DNA of 64,000 nucleotides, from contig OX597814.1 of NCBI GenBank assembly GCA_951406725.2, positions 86,862,001 to 86,926,000 on the forward strand, read 5' to 3'. The DNA is from Octopus vulgaris. Taxonomy: Eukaryota. The notes beneath the pieces are model-generated. The model had not been told where the DNA came from, did no database searches, and saw nothing but the letters and a program-made list of their open reading frames with translations. Positions 52,473 through 62,975 of the stretch are shown here, in pieces. The position numbers were made by a program, and so were the translations under genes. Numbering within the stretch: the stretch's first letter is position 1; each line of letters starts with the position of its first letter.

Positions 52473-52563
52473 CTCATTTTTATCTGCCTAATTCCTCAAT
52501 GCATTTGACTAATATAGGCAGAATGAGATACTTTTATCTATGGGCTGAAACAGCTGTAAGTTG
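52421..52563 (+). ncRNA. Hammerhead-like motif with a very long stem II containing (TA)n
   Basis: AAUCU-CCGAUGA-AGCCUAUA...GUACCUCAUU..UCUGCCUA/UAGGCAGAAUGAGAUAC...UAUGGGCU-GAAA-CAGCUG-UA-AGUU. Confidence 0.6.
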
Positions 52564-52769
52564 TTTTACTAATTTATATGCATGTTTTTTAATAATTACT
52601 TGTATCCTTATCTTATATGCATAGAATAATATGCTATATGTATGTTATAATTATCAGTTTAATAAATAAATAAGTTAACATTTTTAATGTCCTAAAGTTG
52701 ATGAACCAACTATTGTTCTCCATTTTTTTATTTGCTATATATATATATTAAAAAAATATTTTTTTTTTT

Positions 52770-53242
52770 TTAGTTTCAGCTCAGAGCTGCGGCCATCCTG
52801 ATGCACCGCCGTTTTGTGCAACACTGTTATTACTAAGAGCCTCCTCTAATATGTGGCACTTGGTGAAGAATGGAGTTTGATATAGCTACTCTCATTTGCA
52901 CCTCTTGCCGTGAGGTAGGTTCATCTGGGACTCTCGATAGGAAAAGGTCCAGCTTTGATTTAAAAACCGCTACATCTACTTTGTACAAGTTCCTCAGACT
53001 CTTTGGGACAATATTAAAAAGCTGTGGACCCTTGAAACCCAGTCTGTTGCAGTAGCTGGTCCTGAAGCGTGATGGCATTGCTGGAATCTTTGGCACTATG
53101 TAATGTCGTCCCGTTCTAGCATTGGTGTAGCTTTTAATGCCAAAATTTGGCACAATTCCTTCCAGGATCTTCCAGATATATATTACTGCATACCTCTCCC
53201 GTCTTCTCTCCAGGGAGTAGAGTCTTAGCTGTTTCAACCTTT

Positions 53243-53247
<5 letters not shown>
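52770..53247 (-). mobile_element. CR1/L2-type LINE 3' fragment
   Basis: LYSLERRRERYAVIYIWKILEG...GPQLFN..P..LR..FKSKLDLFLSRVPDEP. Confidence 0.85.
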
Positions 53248-53289
<42 letters not shown>

Positions 53290-53291
<2 letters not shown>

Positions 53292-53809
53292 GTAAATCTT
53301 CGAGTATAGTTCGCCCTTGAGTATAATACGCAGGGGACTTTTAGGGGGCTGTACCTCTGAAAAACCTAAACCTTGTGTATAATATGCACTCCTTCTCTAA
53401 CTTGGGTCGTGCGTAATTAAGCCAGCAGCACCTAGTTGAACAAACACTTCTGCGCATGCGTAATACAATAATGGTGATGTTCTTAACTGTTATATAGGAA
53501 TGTAAATATGTTTGCAAATTGTTTTTGTTATATGTTATTCTGTGTTCTGAATACTTTTATTTTAATAAACGTTGCTTACTGCAAGTTATGGATGATTCTT
53601 TTATGACTTCATTACTTTCAGGCTTAGCTTAAGGTATTTTCGCGCCCAACATCACAAAATGCGTCTGAATAAACATTGCTGGACAGCAAATAGAGACTCG
53701 GACATTGTTTAGGAAATATTTTTCATTTTTAACCTCGTATATAGTACGCACTAGGGATTTTGACCTTTAAATTTTTGGGGAAAAATGCGGATTATACTCG
53801 AGGATTTAC

Positions 53810-53811
<2 letters not shown>
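53290..53811. mobile_element. pogo-type MITE inserted in (TA)n
   Basis: TIRs CCGTAAATCTTCGAGTATA / TATACTCGAGGATTTACGG, flanked by TA. Confidence 0.88.
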
Positions 53812-53863
<52 letters not shown>

Positions 53864-54278
53864 TAAAATAATAATAATAATAATATTAGGGAGTATGGCT
53901 CCAAACTTACAGGGAAAAATTAGATTTAGGATTAAATCAAATTTCACGGTATAAATATATAAAATATGAATTAGAGATAAAACGACTATTAGGCAACTCA
54001 AACAGTGATAGACATAAACCAATACATAAATAACAAATAATATAAATATAATACCCTGAAACGCGTCTGTAGCTGTCTGACTAGCAGTGTGAAGCGGCTG
54101 ACCTCCCTTGTTCGAAGGTTATAATGGACACAGTTTGTGTGTCAAATAGCTATCTTAAGGCGATGGCCTCATAGAGCTAATCAGCGACAGCTTTTAGTCT
54201 TATATCTATAAGACTGCCATATTAATATGGCGATAACAATTAATATAAATATAATATATATAAAATATATAATTTTAA

Positions 54279-54357
54279 TTTTTTTAACCAAAAAGTATAA
54301 AAAGAATGATAAATATATTATATTTATCATTCTTTTTATACTTTTTGGTTAAAAAAA
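54279..54357. repeat. Perfect AT-rich palindrome (39-bp arms, 1-nt centre)
   Basis: ...aaccaaaaagtataaaaagaatgataaatata-t-tatatttatcattctttttatactttttggtt... Confidence 0.9.
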
Positions 54358-54380
54358 ATTTATTTTATATTTTATATATA

Positions 54381-54783
54381 TCTTTATATATAAAAGTGAG
54401 GTTGTGTGCTGTCTGTCTCCTACGATTTAGATTCCTAACTACTCCCACATTTTGCGGTGCAGTTTAACCAAAACCGGGCATCTTATAGTCGTGATTCATA
54501 TCGAGCCCTTCTGGGTATTAGCGCGCGTCTACGATGAGTCTACGATTAAAAACAAATTTACCATCAATTTTTCCCATTTTTAATGCATTTTTGGCATATA
54601 TAAGGGAAGTAACTCTCTAAAAATGTATTATTAAATCTCAGAACATAAAAAGCAACAGTAACACCCCCACTTTGTGGTTAGCCATATTGAGATGGCTATT
54701 ATACTTTACTACTTTACATCTCTAAAAATGCTTATATAGTTATTTCCCTTACAAACCCGAGCGACGCCGGGCGATACTGCTAG
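54381..54783 (+). mobile_element. Complete non-autonomous Helitron (403 bp)
   Basis: A|TC start, CCCGAGCGACGCCGGG hairpin, CTAG|T end. Confidence 0.85.
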
Positions 54784-54867
54784 TATATTATATATTATAT
54801 TAATTATATTTATATTATTTGTTATTTATGTATTGGTTTATGTCTATCACGGTTTTATCTCTAATTC

Positions 54868-54981
<114 letters not shown>

Positions 54982-55092
54982 TAGAAGTAGTAGGGGTGAT
55001 GTACAAATTTAATATATATGAAAGAAAAAAGATGTTTAGAATGCTGGATAGTTGTAAAAATATATATTTATTTACATATCATATTATTACTT

Positions 55093-55131
55093 TATATTAG
55101 CGCTTTCAACTACTCCTGTAGTTTCATCACT
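55093..55131 (-). ncRNA. 5'-clipped hammerhead copy (inverted partner of 55187-55229)
   Basis: Minus strand gUGAUGA-AACUAC-AGGA-GUAGUU-GAAA-GCGC-UA. Confidence 0.55.
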
Positions 55132-55186
55132 CTCAACCCACTTCATTTACCAATAATATAAATACAGGCACAAATTTTAAAACTGA

Positions 55187-55229
55187 CATTTCTGATGAAA
55201 CTACTGGAGAAGTTGAAAGTGCTAATATG
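55187..55229 (+). ncRNA. Minimal hammerhead ribozyme motif
   Basis: CUGAUGA-AACU-acuggaga-AGUU-GAAA-GUGC-UA. Confidence 0.65.
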
Positions 55230-55292
55230 AAGTAATAATATATGATATATAAATATATATTTTTACAACCATCCAGTATTCTGAACATCTTT

Positions 55293-56180
55293 GGATCTTT
55301 TCCTTTTGAACGGCACTTTGTAACATAATTTCTAGGTAACTAAAAAGTTTTAAACTTCGTATACTGGTAGAATGTGTTTATAAAACATCATTGTTTCTTG
55401 GCTTTATTGAGAAAATTCTATACTTTGTAAGATATTTCCATTTTAAAATCGAGCATTTCGGCAATTTTAACCAATCGCTGGAGTCCATTTGGGGTGAAAA
55501 CATTCCGTGCTGTATGAATATGTAACCTCGTTTAAGAAACAGATTGGGTTTATTTACATTTTATGAAGAAAAAAAAGATACCCTTCCCCACCCCTAACCC
55601 TAAAACAGATTGAAATGCAATAGATCGATACTAGGGTTATAATTATGGGTGACATTTTCATTTGACACCGCTAGAAAAAAATTCCATTTTCCGTAGCGGT
55701 GTCGTATGAAATTGTCAACCATAATTATAACCCTAGTATCGATCTATTGCATTTCAATCTGTTTTAGGGTTAGGATTAGTTAGAGTTAGGGGTGAAGGGT
55801 ATCTTTTTTCTTCGCAAATGTAAATAAACCCAATCTGTTTCTTAAACGAGGGACATATTCATACAGCACGGAATGTTTTCACCCCAAATGGACTCAAGCG
55901 ATTGGTTAAAATTGCCGAAATGCTCGGAATTAAAGTGGAAATATCTTACAAAGTATAGAATTTTCTCAATAAAGCCAAGAAAAAATGATGTTTTATAAAC
56001 ACATTCTACCAGTATACGAAGTTTAAAAGTGTTTAGTTAACTAGAAATTGTGTTGACACATGCCGTTCAAAAGAAAAAGATCCAAAAAATGTTTTTTATT
56101 TTGACACATTCTACCAGTACACGAAGTTTTAAAGTGTTTAGTTAACTAGAAATTGTGTGCCGTCCAAAAGGAAAAGATCC
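55293..56180. mobile_element. Palindromic foldback DNA transposon with about 390-bp arms, duplicated right end and 8-bp TSD
   Basis: GGATCTTTTCC...AAAAGATCC termini; ACATCTTT at 55285-55292 and 56181-56188. Confidence 0.85.
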
Positions 56181-56195
56181 ACATCTTTTTTCTTT

Positions 56196-56233
<38 letters not shown>

Positions 56234-56724
56234 CTAGCATTAAAGACCCGTCGTTGCCGGGTCATAGTGCTAGTGCATGTATATATGTGTATATATATGT
56301 GTACATATTACATGTACATCTATATATATACATCTACACATAAAATACAAAATACAAAGTTATATCTTGATATCGCTAGTGATAACAATACTCAAAATAT
56401 ATAACAGACTAGAATTGTTAGCCCGTCTCTTGTAATTTCGACCAATTGTATCTTGTCCTCCCTCTTGTATAGAAGTGTGGCTACAATCCAGCCTACCTAT
56501 ACTTCGGGATGGGGGGGGGGCATTAAAATTTTTTTCCGGAACGTCCTACGTCCCAGATATAAATGTAAAAATAAAATATTTCCACTTTGCAAGTTCGAGT
56601 CGAGTACTCCCTTGCACGCTCCGTTGACTCGAACCTTGCTTCTATTGTGGCGAATTTACCGCCCCTGATTAAATACCTTTCATAGTCGCACCAAGACACT
56701 TTTCGAAGGTGCTTTCCTCCATGT

Positions 56725-58913
56725 TGTTTTATTATTACCCACAAGGGGCGAACATAGATGGGACAATACAATCTGATGTGGGGTCAGACACACGAATGGG
56801 TTTTTACAATAAAACGAATTTAAAAATTTACATGAAATTACAAAATAGACACAAAATCGAATGATGGAACAGACCGGAAGACATTACGGGTGGAGTGGGT
56901 GCGGGTTTAGCTCGGACCCCACGAGCCCCGCCTCCCCACTGATACTTTTGGTTACGCTTGGTTTTACATTTATGTTGTATCTTTCACTCGCAACTTTCGT
57001 GCTACATCTTTCCATCGTTCTTCATACACTCTCCTAGTCAGGCATATTCTCTCCAGTCCTATCTTCCTTTTCAGGTGAAAGATGAAATAATTCATCAAAC
57101 CAGGGCCGGAGATGAACTTGCCTGACTGTAGACCTTTCATTCTCGTCTTCCATATCACCTCTTTCGCAATTGCTACTACAACGAGAAAACGAAACTTACC
57201 TTCATTCACGAGGAAATCCGGTGGGTCAATTTTTGTAATCGACTCAGTCGACAACTGTACTCTTCGTGTACCTGACAACAGCTGTTCGGCATAAACCCAC
57301 ACCTCAGACACGTCCGGACAATGAACAATAGCGTGCGGGACGGTTTCCCTATCCCGCCCGCATCTTGGACATATCGGACTGTCTTGGCCACCGTGCCTTG
57401 CGAGTTTATCCCGAACAGGTAGAGCTCCTCTGTAGCATTGCCATGCCAGAGACTTCTGGAAGTTGTCCAGTGTCTTCGGCTTGAATGTACGTCGGAACAG
57501 ACTGGCCAGCTGATTATCGTCGAGACCCAGGGCTTCTCCCAAGGTATCTTCACATTCCGCCTCTACCAACCCTCTATAGAAGAATGTGGTGGAACCCCCA
57601 CCGCAACCGTTACCCGAGCGACGGAATAGCAGGAGAGCCTTGCGACACTCCGTGTACCAAGTACCAAGTTTCGATCTACAATTCAGCCAGGTTTCCCATC
57701 CACCGAAACTAGTGAACTTGGGAAACATCAGTTTTGCTAGCGGAGACCACACCCGTTCACCATTCAGATAGAGCCACAGATGTCTTAACCTCAGCGCATG
57801 TCTGCGCATCATCAGCCAAGGCATCCCTAGCCCACCCTTTAACGGTTGTTGACAGCAAGTAGAGCGTTTCACAAGTGGTTTCCCGCCCTTCCACAAGAAG
57901 TAGAAGAGCTGTCTTTCCAACTTGATCAACCACGAGTCATGGCAAGGAACGACGGAAAGGCGGTAGGTGATAACCAATGCGATAAACACATTGGCCACCT
58001 CCGCCCTCCCTTTCAGGGATAGCCACCGCCAAGACCAGGTCTTGGCTACTGCAGCCACCTTGCTCGTTACCTCGCCCCAATTCTTCTCTATTTGGAGGTC
58101 TGGACCGAACCAGACCCCTAGCAATTTAATCGGACCCTCCGTCCAACGTCCCACGACGCTGTCAGGAGGCATCGACTTGCCTCTCCAGGTGCCGAGTTGC
58201 AAGCCGACTGACTTTTCGCGATTAACTTTTGCTCCTGTCACCGTCTCGTAAACCTCTATGGCCTTGCCTACTTTACATAGGTGGTCCATTTCGGTTACGA
58301 TGATGGTGATGTCATCCGCGTACGCTGACACTGATTTTCCATTACCTGGCTGTCTCGGGATGCCGCTCAGTTTTCGCAGTAATGGCTCAAGAGCCATCAC
58401 GTACAAAAGCGGGGAGAGCGGACACCCTTGACGAACCGAGCGTTTGATTTTGAACGGCTTCGACAAGAAGCCGTTCACCCGAACTACCGAGTCGATGTTA
58501 TCATAAATTTGGATAATCCACCTGAGGAAGCCAAGGCTCAGCCCGAACTGTGCCAGGGCAGATACCAGGTAACGATGGTCGACCCTATCAAATGCTTTAG
58601 ATTGGTCTAAATGGACCAGTGCCCCACCCTTGCCAGAATCACTATTAAACCCCTCTATAGTGTACCGCATTAGATGGAGATTATCCTGAATGGATCTGCC
58701 CGGAACGGCACATGTCTGTGCCTCTCCGATCAGACCATCCGCGACACGCGCTAATCTTTTCGATAACACTTTGGCCAAAATCTTCAACTCTGTGTTTAGC
58801 AGAGTGATGGGCCTGAAATTATCAATGCACTCCCCCTTGCTCGGGTCCTTTCTGACGAGTGTCACTACTCCCCGGCGCACAGATCTGGGTATAAGCCCGT
58901 TCTGCTGCCAGTT
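56725..58913 (-). mobile_element. 5'-truncated L1/Tx1-clade LINE
   Basis: Uninterrupted RT ORF, about 245-nt 3' UTR and TAATAATAAAA tail. Confidence 0.9.
56970..58880 (-). CDS. Tx1/L1 ORF2 fragment: reverse transcriptase plus C-terminal CCHC zinc finger (endonuclease missing)
   Basis: NFRPITLLN, DQSKAFDRV, VRQGCPLSPLLY, AYADD, CPRC..ETVPHAIVHC; 636 aa with no stops; start is a truncation point. Confidence 0.92.
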   Translation of the reverse strand: MRRGVVTLVRKDPSKGECIDNFRPITLLNTELKILAKVLSKRLARVADGLIGEAQTCAVPGRSIQDNLHLMRYTIEGFNSDSGKGGALVHLDQSKAFDRVDHRYLVSALAQFGLSLGFLRWIIQIYDNIDSVVRVNGFLSKPFKIKRSVRQGCPLSPLLYVMALEPLLRKLSGIPRQPGNGKSVSAYADDITIIVTEMDHLCKVGKAIEVYETVTGAKVNREKSVGLQLGTWRGKSMPPDSVVGRWTEGPIKLLGVWFGPDLQIEKNWGEVTSKVAAVAKTWSWRWLSLKGRAEVANVFIALVITYRLSVVPCHDSWLIKLERQLFYFLWKGGKPLVKRSTCCQQPLKGGLGMPWLMMRRHALRLRHLWLYLNGERVWSPLAKLMFPKFTSFGGWETWLNCRSKLGTWYTECRKALLLFRRSGNGCGGGSTTFFYRGLVEAECEDTLGEALGLDDNQLASLFRRTFKPKTLDNFQKSLAWQCYRGALPVRDKLARHGGQDSPICPRCGRDRETVPHAIVHCPDVSEVWVYAEQLLSGTRRVQLSTESITKIDPPDFLVNEGKFRFLVVVAIAKEVIWKTRMKGLQSGKFISGPGLMNYFIFHLKRKIGLERICLTRRVYEERWKDVARKLRVKDTT

Positions 58914-59241
58914 TTAACACGTAATACTGAAATAGTGGAGAAGATATGATGTTGCTATGGGCTCGCTCTAGGCAAGAAGTTGAACATTTTTTGCCCATGA
59001 AACTACATGGACCCTAAGTAAGGCATGTGTAAAATTTGAATGGAATTGGTTGAGTAGTTCTCAAGTTTTAGGGAATCGTAGTGGAGAAGATATGATATTG
59101 CTGTGGACCTAGGCAAAAAGTTAAACATTTTTTTTGCCGATGACACTCCCCGGACCCTAAGTAAGGCATGTGTAGTTCTTAAGTTTTAGGGGAACACACA
59201 GACAGACAGACAGACACACATTCTCAGTTTTATATATATAA

Positions 59242-59299
<58 letters not shown>

Positions 59300-59331
59300 A
59301 TATGCACACACACATACATACATACATACGT

Positions 59332-59585
59332 GGAGGTGCGTGGCTTAGTGGTTAGGGTGAAAGCATCATGATCGTAAGATTGTGGTTTCGATTCCTGGAC
59401 CGGGCGACGCGTTGTGTTCTTGAGCAAAACACTTCATTTTACGTTGCTCCAGTCCATTCAGCTGACAAAAATGAGTAACGCTGCGATGGACTGGCGTCCC
59501 GTCCAACTGGGGAACACATACGCCATTGAAACCGGGATACTGGGTCCATGAGCCTGGCTAACCTTTAAAAGGGCGCATTTATTAT
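59332..59585 (+). mobile_element. tRNA-derived SINE
   Basis: TGGCTTAGTGG A box and GGTTTCGATTCC B box. Confidence 0.8.
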
Positions 59586-59934
59586 TTACACACACACACA
59601 CACACACATATATATATCAAATGTGTATAGTCTAATATTTGATTAGACTATACACATATAAAATGTATGTTCGATATTTCTAAATTTATAAAACTAACGA
59701 ATGTGTATAGTCTTAATATTTGATATAATTTGCTGGTATTAACTTAGTAGTCTCGTCGACGCCGGCGACTGCTTACATGAGGAACAACCGGTGAAATTTT
59801 GAAGTCTCAGCCCACTACATAAGCAACTTTAAGTTAGAATAAAAACACAGTTGCGAAAACTAAAGTGGAATATAAAAAAGAATATTACAAAAATATTAGA
59901 TTTTGAATGTGTAAACGCCTGTATGTGCGAGTAT

Positions 59935-60135
59935 TCTTTTTTCTACTCTAGGTACAAGGCCCGAAATTTTGGGGGGAGGGTCCAGTCGATTGTATCGATT
60001 CCAGTACGCAACTGGTATTTAATTTATCGACCCCGAAAGGATGAAAAGGCAAAGTCGACCTCGGTGGAATTTGAACTCAGAACGTAAAGACAGACGAAAT
60101 AACCGCTAAGCATTTCGCCCGGCGTGCTACCGTTT
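59935..60135 (-). mobile_element. tRNA-derived SINE with the same head/body as 12835-13050 but a different tail
   Basis: Reverse complement matches 12841-12985, then diverges. Confidence 0.8.
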
Positions 60136-61200
60136 CTGTGTATGTGCGAGTATTGTCATGTGTAAAACGAATTATCAGGGTTATCAACAGTGATATTTGT
60201 ATTTTCAAAACCGTTACCAATATAGAAGCAAAGGGTAATATATTAATAAAGTACAGTGAGAGGAAATAAATAGTCTGAGAAAATACCATGGAAAGCAAGT
60301 ATTTAAACCCACTTGCAATGTACTTTTCCAGCCAAAGCAAGGTGGTTAAAGAAGAATCTGTCAAAAGTCACATTAACTTAATAGTTCCTTTGAGTTTTAC
60401 TGAAACAGATGTTTTTTTTTTTCTTTTAGATCACAATTAATAAATATTTCCTATCTCATTTGATAACTTGGTAATGTAAATAAAATTTTAAATTTGAAAG
60501 TGACTGAAGAGAAAAGTTGATAAATTTCTACATTTACAACAGAGAAGAGGGAACGATGGAAGAGAAAATATTCTGAGTGGAGGCTGCACAATAAGATAAT
60601 TGTTTTTAACGATACGATTATTTGCAAATAGTAAGTTAAATTTTTCAATCATATTTTGTTTTCTTTATATTTTTCAAACTTTCACTGGTAACCGGCAGTT
60701 TCTCCCATTTAATTATTTCGAAATATGTAAAAATAAAAAAGCAATAAGAGAAGATATTACAATTCATTTTTTAAAACCAAAAGTACAAAAGAAAAACCGT
60801 CAAGCTAACGAAACTATAGGTGATAAAGTTGTTACTAGAATGTCTAGTGCGCTATTGAAAAAAAAATTGCTATAAAAGGAAGTCGGCTAATGTCGCATGT
60901 TTGGTATGCCCATATATAGTAGTTGCTGGCAGACTCGTGACTCACAACTACTGGTTAGATCTTTGGAAACTGACAGGTTGCCCTTATAACTAGGTCGAAA
61001 TCTTGTTAGCAAGTGTTATTTTGTCGCAACATTTTGGTATTCTTAAAAAGGCAGTTTACCTCGCTCCTGCTCATCTTATTAAAGCAGAAGTAACTTTTAA
61101 AAAAATATTCACCGTGATTCACTGTGAATTCTGAAACGAATTAATAGGGAAGGTCTTTGTTCTCACCTCTTGCTGCTAAATATATCCTGTCTAGTTGTGG

Positions 61201-61238
61201 TATATAAAGACCAGCCTTTACCGACTGCCTTATCATTT
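61201..61238 (+). promoter_or_regulatory. Core promoter: TATA box plus Inr
   Basis: TATAAA at 61203; TCATTT with A at 61235 (32 nt downstream); pyrimidine-rich leader to AAACATG. Confidence 0.7.
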
Positions 61239-61277
61239 TTCTGTCTCCTTCGCTATTTCCTTCTTCAATAACTAAAC

Positions 61278-61570
61278 ATGTCGTCGGGAATTATAGTGAG
61301 CCAGCAAGTAATTGATCTGTTTCATGATATTAAATCGAAAAAAAAAATCCGGTATTGCATACTGGATTTAAATGATACCGAAACGGCACTTGTACCAGGT
61401 GAATGTGTTTTAAAACCGGAGCCTGTAGACGTGAGTTTATGTGCTGTGAAGAAAGAATGGGAAAGCTTTTGCTCAAAACTCACACTCAACGACTGCCTCT
61501 ATATTATATACGACATGAATTACCAAAGACCTGGTGGAGCGCGGAGAGATAAACTTCTTTTAATTAGTTG
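61278..61570 (+). CDS. ADF: Actin-depolymerising factor/cofilin family protein, first coding exon (remaining exons beyond the window)
   Basis: MSSGIIVSQQVIDLFHDIKSKKKIRYCIL...WESFCSKL..NDCLYIIYDMNY...RDKLLLISW; donor TG|GTAAGT splits the conserved Trp codon (phase 2). Confidence 0.9.
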
Positions 61571-61649
61571 GTAAGTATTGAAGTAATTTTTTTTTTTTCA
61601 TAATTTCGTTCAAATTCTTTTTACTTTAAGGGGTTATTAAAGCGGCATA

Positions 61650-62975
61650 ATAACTACAGATGTATACCTGGGTCAATATAAAGATCTTTACTCGTGAACA
61701 AAAAATAAAAAATAAACAGCCTGCTGGGTTTTAACATGTAGAAAACGAGGTTAAACAATTTGCGCTAAAGACCCTGGGGACTTTAGGAAAATTCATAAGA
61801 TCCGATTTTTCCGTCATAACTTTCGGTAAAATGGATATATATTGATTTTTTTTAATGCTTTTATTTATGGAAGAACCGATTCTGAAAAAAAAAAAGATTT
61901 CAAAAATCGCATTTTAAAAATTTCACTTGCGCTCCCACGTCCTTCATTTTTCACTTTTTCCGGATTTTTTTTTTTTGCGAAATATATGGAAATGTAGAAA
62001 AATAGATTAGGATTCTGAAAAAAATTTGTAAAATTTTAATTTTTCAACAAATATATATACCCCAGGCCTTCAAGCAGGCTAACCACGTGCTAGAAATAAC
62101 AGCCAAATCTCACAAAACTGTGATAACAATGAAAGAAACATGTAATCAATCTAACCACCTTTCAGCAAAGATTTCTTTCAGAGTAATTTCCCGCTGACAA
62201 AGTAATTCACGTGAAATTAAAGTGTTTTATTTTTTAAAACTTTTTTTAGAACTTCTTTTCGAATTTTTTTTTTTTTTTTCAATCAATCTACGTGGGAAAA
62301 TACGGAGATTAAGAATATGGAAAATGAACTGTTGTTTTGTCTAGTTAACATGAATTATTGTCATATTACTGTGAGAAATTACTCTGAAAGAAATCTTTGC
62401 AGAAAGTTAAGTAGATTGATTACATATTTCTTTCACTGTTATCGCAATTGAAATTTTGAAAATGCGATTTTTGAAATATTTTTTTTTCAGAATCGGATCC
62501 TCTATAAAAAAAAAAAGACATTCTTTCGATATAACTCGACAAAATCAAAACATTTCACCAGGTATTTCCGTGGGTTGTGGAGTATAGATATAACGAAATT
62601 ATGCCAGCAATGTCTCATTTTAAATTGTTTCATGTGTGTATGAAAAATCCGCAGATTTCCCAGCAGAAAATAGAATCGAACTGTCATTTGCTTCCACGGA
62701 AATACCCGAAGTGAAATGTTTTGATTTTGTCGAGTTATATCGAAAGAATGCAAAAAAAAAAAAAAAAAAAAGAAAGAAATCATTATATATCCATTTTTCC
62801 GAAAGTTATGACGGAAAAATCGGATCTTGTGAATTTTTTTCATATTCGTTTTCTACATGTTAAAACCCAGTAGTTTGGTTTCTTTTTTTTTTTTTGTTCA
62901 CGGGTGATCTTTATATTGAGCCAACTTTGTTGCCTCATAACTTTCAGGAAGTTATGAGGCAACAAAGTCGGGTCA
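61650..62975. repeat. Mosaic nested inverted repeats (foldback-type element) in cofilin intron 1
   Basis: Arm pairs approx. 61668-61748/62846-62922, 61787-61840/62786-62836, 61877-61925/62450-62496, 62121-62190/62375-62444 and 62518-62573/62694-62753. Confidence 0.85.

Larger units (their letters stand above)
56234..59244 (-). mobile_element. Non-autonomous Helitron interrupted by a Tx1/L1 LINE
   Basis: Minus-strand 5' TCTTTATATATATAAAAC at 59244; GACCCGGCAACGACGGGTC hairpin and CTAG at 56234; related fragment at about 3220-3355. Confidence 0.7.

Noticed and set aside
55590-55795. Telomeric TTAGGG repeats (also near 51900)
   Set aside because: Only 1-2 units, inside transposon-like repeats; not a telomere or fusion site.
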